A stretch of DNA of 64,000 nt from Octopus vulgaris (Eukaryota): contig OX597818.1 in NCBI GenBank assembly GCA_951406725.2, positions 63,674,001 to 63,738,000 on the forward strand, written 5' to 3'. Shown piece after piece: positions 1-14,505 of the stretch. The position numbers were made by a program, and so were the translations under genes. The notes below the pieces were generated by a model that saw only the letters and a program-made list of their open reading frames with translations, was not told the DNA's origin and did no database searches. Within the stretch, counting starts at the first letter, position 1, and every line of letters starts with the position of its first letter.

Positions 1-367
1 CTCAAGTCTGGAAGCCTCGGGACATACTTGGATTGTTGAAAAAAAACCGATAATAGAGCCCCGCCAATGGATCCTTCTATCAACTACATATTTTATTTAA
101 GCAAACCAAGGCAAATAACGCATACCTCCAGTAGTTTTTAGCGAAGCGATGAACATTTGATTCTCACGATCAGTAGACCTAACTATGCATTTCACTACTC
201 AGTTTTGAACTGCTAAACATTATTATTGCACTTCCTTAAACATTAAAGACTTCATTCATACATTTCTATGCATACATACTGTTTTGAATGCTCATTACTC
301 TGATTAGTCTGCATTTTTACAATTACACTTTTTCATTGACAGTAGATAATTACCGGGTACACCAGCT

Positions 368-369
<2 letters not shown>
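1..369 (+). mobile_element. Possible Helitron 3' end (5' part outside window)
   Basis: Ends ccgggtacaccagCTGG|t directly before (TA)n. This resembles the CTRR|T terminus ccgggcgatactgCTAG|t of the Helitron at 12784-13174. Confidence 0.3.
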
Positions 370-421
<52 letters not shown>

Positions 422-422
422 C

Positions 423-632
423 GCGGCGAGCTGGCAGAAACGTTAGCATGCCAGGCGAAATGCTTAGCGGTATTTCATCTGTCTTTACGCTCTGAATTCA
501 AATTCCGCCGAGGTCGAATTTGCCTCTCATTCTTTCGGGGTCGATAAACTAAGTATCAGTTGCGTGCTGGGGTCGATCTTATCGACTGAGCCTCCTCCCC
601 CAAAATTCCGCACCTATGCCTCGAGAAGGAAA
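423..632 (+). mobile_element. tRNA-derived SINE, family A (Deu/Nin-like central domain)
   Basis: A-box-like gagctggcagaaacg, B-box-like gaattcaaattcc, central gcctctcattctttcggggtcgataaactaagtatcag. Homologous to the minus-strand copy at 36645-36871. Confidence 0.8.
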
Positions 633-2614
633 CGTATATATATATGTAAATAGAGACAGAGAGCGATACATCGAGAAATGATAAGAGAAAGAGAGAGATA
701 CATCGAGAATTGATAAGAGAGAGAGAGAAGAGACACTTCTGTCCACCAAAATCATGCACCATATAGTGGCTCGTCTGCAGTGTATATGCTGGCTGAGGCT
801 GAGATACAGTTAAAATGAACTCGAACACGCATGATTGCAAATAAATCTTGGTAACCACACAGACCTGGTGATGCATTTTGTAATTTATTTTTCTTTAGCT
901 AATTGGCCTTACACATCTATAATCTATATCCATACTGTCATTTGATAAATTGACTTTGTACGCGTGCTTGTATGATGAATTTATTTTGTGTTGCAATATT
1001 AGCTAGTAGCCTCAAGATAATTTTAAAATTCAGTTTAAATAACCTTCATTTGAATACGTTTCAATATCATTACTCTTATATATATATTCACGATGCCGTA
1101 TTTGCTAGGTGTAGATGTTCTTAAATTTCGAGAATTCGTACGATTCTTATTTGAAAACATATGTTTTTAATTTTTCTTTATCAGTTCAAAATGAATATAT
1201 ATTCTCTAACGACGAGTAATATGATTATGAAAAATATTTACAAATATTTGCTAAACTTTTTAAGCTATAATTTAATTGTTGTGGCTTCTCTTTTAGCTTA
1301 TATTAACGAAATCAGTTGGCAAAATAGAGAAATTATGTTCTCAAACAGATTAACCTAATCCAATTCATCACGATATCATGGATATTTGCATTTGTTAATT
1401 GGCTGTCTGGTATTTTGTATAGAAAAAAATCAGTTGTACTTAAATACCATTATATCTTCATAATTCAGAATTATTCAATTGAAGTAAAATAAATGTAGGA
1501 GAAAGATTAGAGCAATGAAATTATGTATTATGGATCTTGCTTTCATTTTTTTGCATCATATCAGTTTACGTGAAAACATCTAATGCATATTAACATTATT
1601 TGTTTCCTTTTTCAGCAAATAATTGCTAATAATGTTATTATTTAAATTATTTTTATTGCAGCATCCTTTAACTAAGGTATGTTTCGCTTTTTACGTTCGG
1701 AAGAAATGACGGTTGTCTAATCCTGTAATAAATATATAAACTGTAAACGTGATATCTAAGATGTGGGTTGAACAATGTATTCTATCATCGAAGTAAACGA
1801 GCAATAGGGCAGAAGGTGTCAAGCCGAGTTGTAATGTGACACAGCAAAGGTGTGGGGCCAAAACAATATGTAGTATGCTATGAACTTGAAAAACTTTTCG
1901 ACTCGGAAACACGCCATTAGCGCAGCTGTGATGGGCTGAAAACAAATGGAAAAACGGAACACACATAATCATATCATAGAGGTTGACATTAAAAGTATGT
2001 TCTACAAATCAATGAACCGTGTAGCTTACGTAGCCGTTGTTTTACTGCTGATCTTAAGCAATATATTACATTTTGTTTTATTTTTGGCTTCGTTTCAATA
2101 GGATTCAAGTTGAGAAATACGAAGGATGTGTATGTGTTAAACTAGAAAATTATGTACATTTATATGCGTTATGCATATTTGCATAAAACGCCATTTGCAT
2201 ATGTAGGAACATTATTGACCGTTAAATTTTCATTGCCACCAAATCAGGGTGAAATATGAATGAATAGAAAATAACGCATTTGTCTACGTAACTCATTTTG
2301 TTTGGTAATCTTTGAACTAATCTAAAAGAAAGAAGATTATTAATACCACATGTAGATTTGCAGCTAACAAATTAACAGATACATATATGTCAAAGGGATT
2401 CTCGGTTCGGAAAATTGTTCAGCATCTTGAAATGCTTTCGTGTTTTTCATCTTCTGCAATGGGTTTAGATTTCAGGATTCCTAGTGCGGACTCAGATTCT
2501 CAACATAACATAATCGTCCTGACACATTGTCCAGGAGAATTGCCTTTGTATCCATAGAAGGTTCTCTGTTGCAATATTGTTGAAAAGCATGGTAAATGAA
2601 AACTAGTGGGTGTC

Positions 2615-3556
2615 GTTTTAGGCAAATTTTACAAATTATTTCATAATTATATACATAATTATAACAAGGGGTCAGCTTTATGTCTCACTACGCACCATTA
2701 GAAATAGACGCTAAGGTCATTTTTACTACCTTAAAATCTTTGAGAATAACCTACTTAATTTAAGCAAGCAAAAGAAATATAATGACTCAAGAAGGAGCGT
2801 CAACTATGGATGCGTTTCAAACTTGAAGCAAAAAATAAATTTACTTGCTCTTACTCTTGAGCAGAGTACTCCGTATAAGTTCGCGAGTATTTCAAAATAC
2901 GCACATGATCAGCGACATCCTATGGCCGATATCTATCCGTACTCGTAGAAATAATATTGCCTACAATAAAGTGTGTTAACCTTGAAGATTTTAAGGTAGT
3001 AAAAAGGAACTTAGCGCCTATTTCTAACGGTGCCCGGTGAGGCGTAAAGCTGACCCCTTTGTTACAATTATGTATATAATTATAAAATAATTTGTAAAAT
3101 TCACCTAAAAGGTTTTTATTTCTGCACTGGCTACCTGGTAAAATCATTGATTTTACCCTTTATTATTAAAATAATATTTGAATAAATACACTTCATGATC
3201 GAAACTGCAATTACTGCGGTCTAAATATTAACACACACGTGTGTATAAAATAAAATATTAATTATACACAGTAGTATATTTTTACGATGTTGCTGATCGT
3301 GTACATATTTTGAAATACACCCGAACTTTTACGGAGTACTATGATGAAGAGTAAGAGTAAGTAAAATTATTTTTTACTTTAAGTTCGAAACTCGTTCATA
3401 CTTGACCGGCCTTGTTGTTTCATTGTTTTTCTTTGCCTACAATAAAGTGTGTTAGTGTGGGAGATTTTAAGGTAGTTAAAAGGAACTTAGCCTCTATTTC
3501 TAACAGTGCGTGGTGAGGCATAAAGCTGACCCCTTATAATTTTAAAATAACTTGTA
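2615..3556. repeat. Cluster of three diverged copies of one ~300-bp non-coding element in inverted orientation, with a decayed HHR-like motif
   Basis: 2621-2918 is the reverse complement of 3286-3550 and partly of 2957-3110 (shared aaggggtcagcttta...ttagaaatag...actaccttaaaatc). Decayed core atgatga...gaaactcgtt at 3341-3396. Confidence 0.7.
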
Positions 3557-4647
3557 TTTATATATATATTGATAGATATATAGATAGATAGATAGATAGA
3601 TAGACGGACAGGCAGAGATATTTGTCTGAATCTTTACGTGTTTGTGTGGTATGTCAGTGAATTTCAGTGACTCTGAATTTCAGATATTAAGTTGTTCAGA
3701 GGTTCAATTCAGAGTGCCGGAATGCTACATGTCAAATCATTAAATTGAACTTTCAATAAACAGAACATTGTATTTTGAGACATATGTGGAAAACACTGGT
3801 GTCGTTACTGTACTTCAGATTTGGTTTCACGTCTGCTCGACGGGCAATTCCTTCCCGCGAATAATTATCGACAATATTAAAATGAGAAAAAAATGTACAG
3901 CAAAATTTCTACTGTATGAAATACAACGGTAATGTCAAGGGACATTTGACGATGTGCCGGACGTAATATAATATTTATATTATGTCGAAAGTGTCACAAC
4001 ATTTCCTTCTGTTTCCCTTGATATTTTCTGGTTTCCTTTTTCAGTAGACAACTTGTGATTGATTATACATATATATGAATTTTGTCGTGAACACTAGATT
4101 ATAATATCATCCTTATTTATTGTTTTCTGTGCTTTGCAAAAAAACATCTTGTGTCGTCACATTCACTTATACGATCATTATGGGATTGAGAAAAATATTT
4201 ATGTATGTCGGATACGAGGCAGTGCATGTTTTTTTTTATGAAATGTACGTGTTATACCTTCGTAGTTTGCATGACAATGTATATCTCAATATTTCTCTTG
4301 GTGACATTCTGTTCCGTTGAAATATAAAGAAATGTATATTGAATGATATGTTCGTGTTTAAATCAAATATCGGCAGAGAAGAGGGGCGAATTCCAGTTTC
4401 AACTGGGAAATACTTAAAGTTTAAACTTTTGATTTTCTGTTCTATTTGTATCGGTCATTAGATCTAGGCCAAACTTCGAAACTGCCCCAAGAAGAATTTT
4501 AGTTAAATGAATCGGGCGCTGTATATTTTGTAAACCTAATAATTATTCTCTTGGTAACTTTAACAGAACCGCTGAGTTGCACACCAACACAGACTGTCCA
4601 GTTGTCAAGCGGTGGAGTATCAAACAGGCAAAATTTTATTTTCACAT

Positions 4648-4681
<34 letters not shown>

Positions 4682-4819
4682 ATGCGTTTGTATATGTTTA
4701 TATATATGTATATATATATATGTTTATATATATGTAGGTCCCGGGTTGATTCGGGGTTAACCACAGTAAATAAGGTACTCAATACATGGCAGAGTAAAAT
4801 TAATTTATTATATAGAAGG

Positions 4820-4870
4820 AGCTTCTACAGGACTAGAACTGTTTCATTCAAGAGAAATCTTCAGGAAGCT
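4820..4870 (-). ncRNA. Type I hammerhead ribozyme fold
   Basis: Minus strand: agcttc CTGAAGA tttc-tctt-gaat GAAA cag-ttctagtc-ctg TA gaagct. Stem I agcttc/gaagct, intact core, GUA cleavage triplet; stem II is weak. Confidence 0.7.
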
Positions 4871-5024
4871 AGTTAACAAGAATTGTATTGGCATTTATAC
4901 ATTTAGGCAGGTTTAAAGGGGTGTTGGTGGGGGACTTTTTGGGGGTAGGCATAGCGCAAAATATCATACTTGGGGGAGTGGTCAAGGAGTCAGTGTTAAA
5001 TTAGATAGAAGAATAAATAAAAAA

Positions 5025-5057
<33 letters not shown>

Positions 5058-5104
5058 AAAAAAAGGGGGAATAGAGTTTTAGGTAAATAAGGAGATTCTC
5101 ACTT

Positions 5105-5469
5105 ATACCTATGCACATATGTATACATATATACACACGCATACAAACATATATACATATACATACACACATACATACACACACATATATATATACATAT
5201 ATATACACTTACACATACATATACATATCTACACATACACATATATGTATACATACACACACTCACATGCATACACGTATACACACATGTATATATACAC
5301 ACACACGACCACACATACATATACACACAGAAAAATATATATACACATACACACACATACTCACATACACGCATACACACACAAATCCACACACACACAT
5401 GCACACACAGCACACTAGTCCCTATATACACATATATACACATACACACATATATACACACACATACAT

Positions 5470-5507
<38 letters not shown>

Positions 5508-5560
5508 GTGTACCTATGCATACCTACACATACACACATATATATATATACACATACAAA
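5105..5560. repeat. Degenerate (CA/TA)n compound microsatellite
   Basis: Continuous catacacacacatata-type low-complexity tract; source of several artefactual ORFs. Confidence 0.9.
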
Positions 5561-5927
5561 TACAGACCCATTCCCTAATTTTAATTTTATTATCTTCGTT
5601 TATTACTTTTGTTATCTTTGGCCGCTTGGTCACAAACATCTTGGCTATGACAGCCAGTCCATTTATCTGTCTACTGGAAAACAAGCACTCATTCACTCAC
5701 GCACACTCTTTAGCACGTACACTCACTCATTCGTACACTCATACACATACACGCACGCACGCGTTATATTCATACATACATACATCTACATACATTCACG
5801 TATATACACATACGTACGCGTACCTACAGATTCATGTCTACACTCTTAGAAGGCTAGTCTATACATATGTTTATATATATATATATATATACATATATGT
5901 GTGTGTGTGTTTGTGTGCGTGTGTGTG

Positions 5928-5989
<62 letters not shown>

Positions 5990-6139
5990 AATATAATAGA
6001 GTATCCACTATGTGGTCGACTCTTGCGCTAAAAATAGATCCGCTATGGTCTCAACCACCAAGAATTGTTTCCAAGGAGAATTAGTACAACTATGAACGTA
6101 AACGAGCTGGACAAATGAAAAATAACAAAAATGTACATT

Positions 6140-6212
6140 AATTCTAGACAATTGTTTCGCTATTAATGGATTATGCAATTTTACTTACATAATATAGCTC
6201 TTCAGTAGAATT
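6140..6212 (-). ncRNA. Type I hammerhead ribozyme fold (palindromic stem III)
   Basis: Minus strand: aattcta CTGAAGA gctat...atagc GAAA caattg TC tagaatt. 7-bp stem I, stem II gctat/atagc, GUC triplet. Confidence 0.8.
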
Positions 6213-6392
6213 CGTATTGAATACAATTTACTGAAGCCCACGCCAGATTTTAACATGACGTCAAACACACGTGTGGTTCAGTCAATTATATTCGCAGTTA
6301 TGATTCGAATGCCCTCGTAATTTACCGCCAAAATTTCCGGAAACAAATACTGCATAAAAAATTCACTGCAGTATAATTAAAATGAAAAATAA

Positions 6393-6437
<45 letters not shown>

Positions 6438-6451
6438 TATACATATATACT

Positions 6452-6588
6452 CACGGCGGGCTCCTTTCAGTTTCAATCAAACAATTGCACCCACAAGGCT
6501 TTGGTTGACCGGAGGTTATAGCAGAAGACACTTGCTCAAGATGCCACGCCATAGCACTGAACCCGGTACCACACAGCCACACAGCCAC
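6452..6588 (-). mobile_element. Partial SINE family B (5' half)
   Basis: cacaaggctttggttgaccggaggttatagcagaagacacttgctcaagatgccacg matches the head of the copies at 30444 and 52231. Confidence 0.7.
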
Positions 6589-8003
6589 ATATGTCCCTAT
6601 GTTTAAGTTAATGTTTGAATGAAGACAAAACCTGCTTTAAACATATTTGTTGCGGTTATTGTTCTCTCAATTAATGCCTGCTTTTGAAGTGGAAATGCTT
6701 AATTCTTTCAATCAGATGATTAACGCAACATTTATCCTTCAAGATTTGGGACATGTGATATTCGTTGTTGGAAGTATATGTGAGACATTTAGGAAAATAC
6801 GAAGAAACAAACAGAACTTTTAATGAGCGATTTTTAATTGCAAGATAAGTTAGGTGAAACCATTCATGCGAATACTGTATATTGCTTGAGTTATCCCGTT
6901 TGTTGTATAGTTTTTGTTATGAAGATAAGAAGAAAGTTTTAAACTAATATCTAAGCTGCTTCCGTTCGTTGTCATTCTATCTCTTTGGTAATATTTCAAC
7001 TAACAAAATTAAGAGAAATTAATATCCGTAATCTCTAACTATAGCGTGCTTCAAATCTTGATATTTAATATAACCCATAAATAATATTCCCACGTCCTTT
7101 TCTCAGTAACTGATAATTCAAAGAGTAATAAATAATATATCTATAAACATTTATGTAAAAGTATGAAAATTATGTTTCGATTTGCCCCTGCAACCAAATA
7201 ATGTTAATCTGATGAAGGCTAGTTTCTGAAATATTCGCTTGTGTATCGCAAAATAAAACTCAAACTTTCTACCATAATAGTTGCAGTTCAATATCGAATG
7301 ATAATACATAATGAAACTAAAAGCATGAATAAAAGTGACTTTCGACATTTTATTTATTGGAAGATAGTTTGCCGTCCTCACCACACGTGAATAATAAATA
7401 GAAAATAGAAAATAAAATAGAACTCTGACTTATGTGAATCTGATACTCCTGCATAAAATATAATACACAATATTTTAGTATCAGTATTGAAAAATTTATT
7501 TAGTTCTGCAAGTGTTGTAAACAACAGCTTGCGAAAGCATCGAGGATACCTATATCTATGTTAATACACTTTCGAATATTATTGCTCCATCACAAACAAT
7601 ATATAGGTAAATTATTCTATGGTATATGACAGTATATACGAGTATCACGTATCTTCCAACTTAAATACAAAATATTAAGTATAAAATTTGAGTTTGCTCG
7701 TCATAAATTGGGACATCGCATTCTGAAGTACACTACAGCATTAAATAAGAAAATACAATAACGCAATAAATCAATAAATAACAAAATAGAGATTATAAGA
7801 GGTAATGGTATCAGTAGGACCCAAAGGTGTCAGGTAATGCTGAGTAAGTGCTATGGATAGACAATTGTTAAGCTCCATGTTCGGTGATAATGCGAATAAA
7901 GAGTCCAACGTAGATCATATATCAGCATGTGTATAAATAAATTTTTGTTTATATATGCACACGTGAAGTTATATCAAATTTATATACATACATTCATGCA
8001 TAC

Positions 8004-8048
<45 letters not shown>

Positions 8049-8079
8049 TATATATATGTGTGTGTGTGTGTGTGTATAA

Positions 8080-8564
8080 TTCTTTTATTTGTTTCAATTC
8101 TTTGACTGCGGCCATGCTGGAGCACCGCCTTTAGTTGAAGAAATCGAGGGAAGGGCTTATGCTTTGTAAGTCTAGTACTTATTTTATCGGACTCTTTTGC
8201 CGAACAGCTAGATAACGGGGGCATAAACACACTACCATTGTTTGTCAAGCGATGATGGGGGGTACAAGCACAGAACAAAAACACACACACGCTCAGAGAT
8301 ATATATACTATATACATACGATGGGCTTATACCAATTCCACTCAAAAGGTTTTGGTCGGCCCGAGGCTACAATAGAAGTCACTTGCCCATGATACCATGC
8401 AGTGGCACTGAACCTGGAACCATGTGGTTGGTAAGCAAGCTACATACCACACAGCTACTCCTATGTGGAACCTCGGGCATGTGTCTTCTACTATAGCCTC
8501 GGACTGATCAAAGCCTTGTGAGTAGATGTGGTAGACGGAAACTGCAAGAAGCACAAACCCGTCG

Positions 8565-8565
<1 letters not shown>
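8080..8565. mobile_element. SINE family B on minus strand (8080-8463) abutting a partial plus-strand copy (8470-8565), head-to-head
   Basis: gactgcggccatgctggagcaccgcc tail and ggaaccatgtggttggtaagcaagc head, then gtcttctactatagcctcgg...ggtagacggaaactg in the opposite orientation. Confidence 0.8.
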
Positions 8566-8596
<31 letters not shown>

Positions 8597-9269
8597 TATA
8601 TAAGGTGAGAGCCTGTCGGTGTTTACTTGAAAGTTGTATGTGTTGGTAGAATAGGTTATACTTCAGTGTTTACGTATTTGTATATAGTGAGTACAGGTAG
8701 ACCTACTGTCATCCTCAAATGTTGGCTTACTCAAATCCTGAACATGTGAGTCCTGGTGGCAAAATCTTGCATCGTAGTCGTTGTGTTTTCTTTATCAGCG
8801 AAGTAGACTGCACAAGATGCCATGTTTAGTTCTAGTGTCTTTCCACACAGAGAAAGTCTTGATATATAGCTAAGCATTGGAACCGAGAGGGAAGTAAAAT
8901 TCAGCTCATCCTGTTAAGGATAGATATCTGCGTTAATATACGTACAACTATAATAGCTATTGGTTTCAATAAATGATTTAGTCGAATAGAAGTAACGGAG
9001 AGAAAGACGTTGAGAAACAGTTGTGAGATTTCGGTATGCATTCGTATTTAAGTAATTTATCACGAACGCTTTCCATTTTATCTGGTCAGTATTTCATACA
9101 TATTCTCTGAGGAAATAAGATAATTGTTTTCCGAAAACAAGAATAGTTTATAAATTCAGTTTATTGGTCATTACAAATGCCAATCAAAATCTAATATAAA
9201 TATTACATTTGACTGCGTTCTTGAAGGAACTCATTAATCTATCAAACCGTTTCTTGCGTACGATTTCTA

Positions 9270-9520
9270 GGAAAATACTGAATAATCTTGATAAATTACT
9301 TGGGATATGGTGTGGAGTGGCACATATACAGCAAACCATCGAAGATGTATTCCCTTTATGCAAAATATCATTCCATTCGTTATAAATTATATTTCTTCTT
9401 TTGGAACGAAGCCAGATATGGCAGATGGAATGACTAATGAAACGTTTGGCTTCTGAACGTATTACTGGTAAAATCTCGACCTCAAATGGTTGAAATATTG
9501 AGAAATTCGATTTAAACCGG
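9270..9520 (+). pseudogene. Possible highly decayed pogo/Tigger (CENPB-type HTH) transposase fragment
   Basis: Fragmentary translations LNNLDKLLGIWC and TSNG* resemble the L..L..W and ASNGW motifs; frameshifted. Confidence 0.25.
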
Positions 9521-9795
9521 ATATGTAGAGTTAGAAATAGGAAATTGAACACTTTAACACATTCAAGAAAGGAATTGCCATCGACAACAATTCATTATTA
9601 AGAATTATTTCATTTTGAATGTTATAGGCTATAGGAAAACAAGAGCATGTTTTCTTCAATATTGGCTTCGAATTTATGACACTAATATTTCCTTTTAATT
9701 TACGATGTTACAATATCACAGAAAGGCATGAGCATCATCAAATTGTGCGCGACATATAAACTTCGCACATATTGTGAAAGCAACATAAACACACA

Positions 9796-9870
<75 letters not shown>

Positions 9871-10899
9871 CGCTCGGTCATTATAAGAATAGCGAGTGTG
9901 CTGTTTTCATTAGAGGAAAATACATCAATATATTTTCTATTTTGACATTATATATTAATTAAATCCATAGCGGCTTCATATTACTTTCTTCACAAGGCAT
10001 TAATCAAGTATGTAGGAAATTAACGTTAGATATATGTTTCATTAACGTGAGATATTAAATGGAATGAAATCGAATGAAACGCATTACACTATATCGCTTG
10101 CCATCCGCATATTTCGAGAGATGTAGACAGGTGGGTATCATGCAGTATTTAATGCATAACAAGCTGTGTAGGAATGCAATGTGTTTTATTTATGAAAACA
10201 AAACTCTACGTCCTAATGTGCCAAATCTCTGACGGAATTAAAACCAGACCGATCGTTTTGGTAAACATAACGCTGGGAAATATACTCAGTTATAGAGGGA
10301 GAAAAAGAAAGAAGGAATGTTATAGAGAAGGAAAGCGAGAGAGAGAGAGACAGAGCGAGAATGAGTAAGAGAGAGAAAGCGATAATCCTTCATTTTTGTA
10401 ATTCGTGGTTATACACACACATATGTGTGTATAGTATGTACATAGGTTTTTCTTGCTTCTTGTATTTCTACGAGTTAAAATCTCCCTCTAAAGACGAAGT
10501 AGGACTCTAAAGGATATAAAACTCCATTATGGTAGAGAGATTTTATTGCATATTCAAAACGATTCCCGTAAACAAATTTTTAAAAGACATATTTATCTAT
10601 GTATATACTTACACACACGCGTGCACGCACACACACAAGTACACACACACATATATGAATGGAATGATGTATGTATGTATGTATGTATGTATGTATGTAT
10701 GTATGTATGTATGTATGTATGTATGTATGTATGTATGTATGAATGTATGTATGCATATATGTATGCATGTATGTATGTATGTGTGTCACACGTTGAATTT
10801 GAGAAAATTGCTTTTGTTGTTGCTGCTAGATTCCAATCTGGTTATTTTCTTTTTCTGAAAAATCTAGCATTTCCGAATTCTCTTGCACAGAAATTTGTG

Positions 10900-10957
<58 letters not shown>

Positions 10958-10984
10958 ACCACATACTTACACACACACACACAC

Positions 10985-11020
<36 letters not shown>

Positions 11021-11209
11021 AGGGAGATAAATTGAATATTAATTTAATTAATATCAATTTTAAAACCAGTAGCCTAGCATATAATAAAAATCTGAAAAAT
11101 CAGAGAAAATTCAAATACATGTGTATATTTAAAGAGCTAAAAAACCACTATGTGGTCAGTCATATGCTAGAAGTAGATCACCTGCATTATAATTTAAGTA
11201 CCAGATACA

Positions 11210-11280
<71 letters not shown>

Positions 11281-11282
<2 letters not shown>

Positions 11283-12127
11283 GAGGCGAATGAAGAATTT
11301 CCCGGACTAGTTATGTATAATGAAACATAATCTATCGAATTAAGCGTGCATGACATCAAAATAGTCGCCTTGCACAAAAATAAACTGGTCCCAGCAAGCG
11401 AGTCACATTTCGAATCCGGTCTGGATATTGATTGCAATGGTTCTCTCTTGATCTCGACAATGGTGTTAAAATAGCGTCCTTTCAGGTGCACTTTCCTGTT
11501 GGAGAAGAGACCTTAGTCTTCAGGTGTTAAATCTAGCGAATTGGGGTGGGGTGGAAACGAGAGAATGTTATGTCGGGCCAGGCACTCACAAGGGACGAAT
11601 GATCTGTGTGTGGGTGCATAGTCGTCGTGAAGGATTCAATACTTCGCACTTCACAGATCCGGCTTCTTCAAATGTCATCCCGAAAACGCATCAAAACTTT
11701 GTTGGTTGTCTTCCGACGGTCCTTCTGTCCAAATCGATGGTTTTTCTCCACATACCTGGGCGTGTTGCTCAAGGTGAGTCTTCCAGATTGCTCATTGTCC
11801 TTCCAGGGACGTTCTTTTACTTTTGAGAAACCGTGCCACTCGAAACGTTGCGTAGAACCTGCTTTGGCTAAAATTGCTCAATGTCTTTGTTACAGACTTA
11901 CCAAGTTTAATGAAAATCCTACGTTGGTCTTTCTTCCAACTTTCAGTCCAGCACCAGCATAGCAGACCGCAGCATACACGGGTCACAATAACACAAATTT
12001 TCAGACCTTGTGAAGGACACACAGTAATACTCGGCATACAACTAACTCTCACTGCACACGGAAATGTATGCTGTCATCTGTTCGTGCATTGCAGAAGAGG
12101 TCCAAGAACATTGGATACCATATTTGT
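11281..12127 (-). mobile_element. Decayed, internally deleted mariner DNA transposon
   Basis: TA-cgagg terminus at ~11281. Minus-strand fragments QRRIFIKLGKSVTKT (mariner N-terminal HTH) and HLKGRYFNTIVEIKRE...WDQFIFVQGDYFD (mariner C-terminus). Confidence 0.75.
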
Positions 12128-12235
12128 ATGTGTGTATATATGTGTATATTTATGTATCTATGTATTAACGTGTATTTACCTCTCAATATATATATATATA
12201 TATTTATATAATTGTTAATAACATATGCATACATG

Positions 12236-12645
<410 letters not shown>

Positions 12646-12750
12646 TTACTTAAACTTTCATCGAATGAGGCTTTTACATGCCGAAATCTACTTGGTGTAA
12701 TTAATGATTATTCCAAATTAATTAATTTCACCCTATATTATTACTGATAA

Positions 12751-12783
<33 letters not shown>

Positions 12784-12784
<1 letters not shown>

Positions 12785-13174
12785 TAGCAGTATCGCCCGG
12801 CGTTGCTAGGGTTTGTTTCGACACGCTGGAATTGGAATTTTTGAAAAGTAAAAGTTTCGCATTATGTAGCTTGTTATTCTCTTCAAGTGAAAATTTTTGT
12901 GGTTGAAATACACCGAAAAGTGGCGACAAAGCAGTGAAAAAATCGTAAAAAATAGGGATTTTCATAGAAAAAAGCACCTTTTTGATGTTAATAATTTTTG
13001 ATGTTAACATGGTCCGATCTGGAATTTATCTACTACGGAAGGAAGAGCAACCCTTCTTCTATCATACACTCAATTTTGGTCAACTTGCGCCGCAGTGTCT
13101 CGAAGGAGATAGTGTTAGTTGAAGGCTACCAAACCTGCCGCACACAGATAACTTCAGCTTTATATAGAGAGAGA
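12784..13174 (-). mobile_element. Non-autonomous Helitron (~390 bp)
   Basis: Minus strand starts A|TCtctctctatataaagctgaag and ends ccctagcaacgccggg-cgatactg-CTAG|T: 5' TC, subterminal GC hairpin, 3' CTAG, inserted between A and T with no TSD. Confidence 0.8.
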
Positions 13175-13798
13175 TAACACACACACACATTAATACACAT
13201 ACATACACACACACACACACACATGTATGTATGTATGGATGTATGTATGTATATATGTACATCTGTCCAATTCTTGCCATATTTTTATCCTTCACTTCCC
13301 CCCACACACACACACACGTACGCACGCACAGATACACATACACACCTTCTTAGCTTACAATTTCTTTCCTTCAACAATTGACAACTGAAGTACGCTCGGC
13401 AATGAATACTATCAAAAGCGAGCGACAGATCTCTGTTTCCTTTCTTTTTTGAGGATTGGTTTAAGCATTAATAAGAGAAAGTAGCAGAATGTGTGATATT
13501 GAATAAGAGTTGCAGAAAGAGGATATGATAGTGGTATACACTTGCAAAGAGAAAGTAGGAGAAAGTGTGGTAATAGCAGGAGTAAAGCATTTGAAATGAG
13601 AGAGGCAAATCGTAAAATATTGAGTTATCTCGAATTTTTGCTTAATTGGGGGTGAAATTGAAAAGAATGTATATGCCATGACCCAATGGAATCTACTTCG
13701 AAAATCATAGGTAAATTCCAATTGAAGAAATTTTATATTGTACAATTGTATTAAAAACAAACTATGTGAGAGGCAGAGAAAATCTGCCTTTTATCATA

Positions 13799-13894
<96 letters not shown>

Positions 13895-14453
13895 GTGTGT
13901 GTGTGTATTTTGACACGTCTATATATGCGAATATGTGGAGTGCGTGTGTGATGGTTGCATAAACTTGTCCAAAGATACCCAGCATCCAATCAATCAGTTT
14001 GTTCTGATTTATATTCGCTTTCCATGGGTTCTTGAATATGACTTTCAGGCGTCACCGATCAATCACTTGAATACTTTATAAAACAATACCAAAACAAAAA
14101 TGGATGAAGAAACGAAATAATAGTGATTCATCTGTACGTCCTTGGATTTAAGTGGATTTAAGCAAGTACAACACTTTTCCCACACTCCCAGTTGAATAGT
14201 AAGTTCCAATGAGGAGCATCGTAAAATATTTCCGTTCCATATTTTTGAGAATTGGAATTCTGTACATTACTTTATTTATATGTGAGGGATATGTGTCCTC
14301 ATCTTGTTTGTTGTTACCACAACGTTTCGGCTAATTTACTCTTCAGCCTTCACCAGATGTCCTGCTAGGATTTTGAACCCCAACCTGGGTTCTCATTCCT
14401 AAAGTATTTTGTCTTTATTGATGCTGTTGTTGTTGTTGTTATTATTATTATGA

Positions 14454-14504
<51 letters not shown>

Positions 14505-14505
<1 letters not shown>

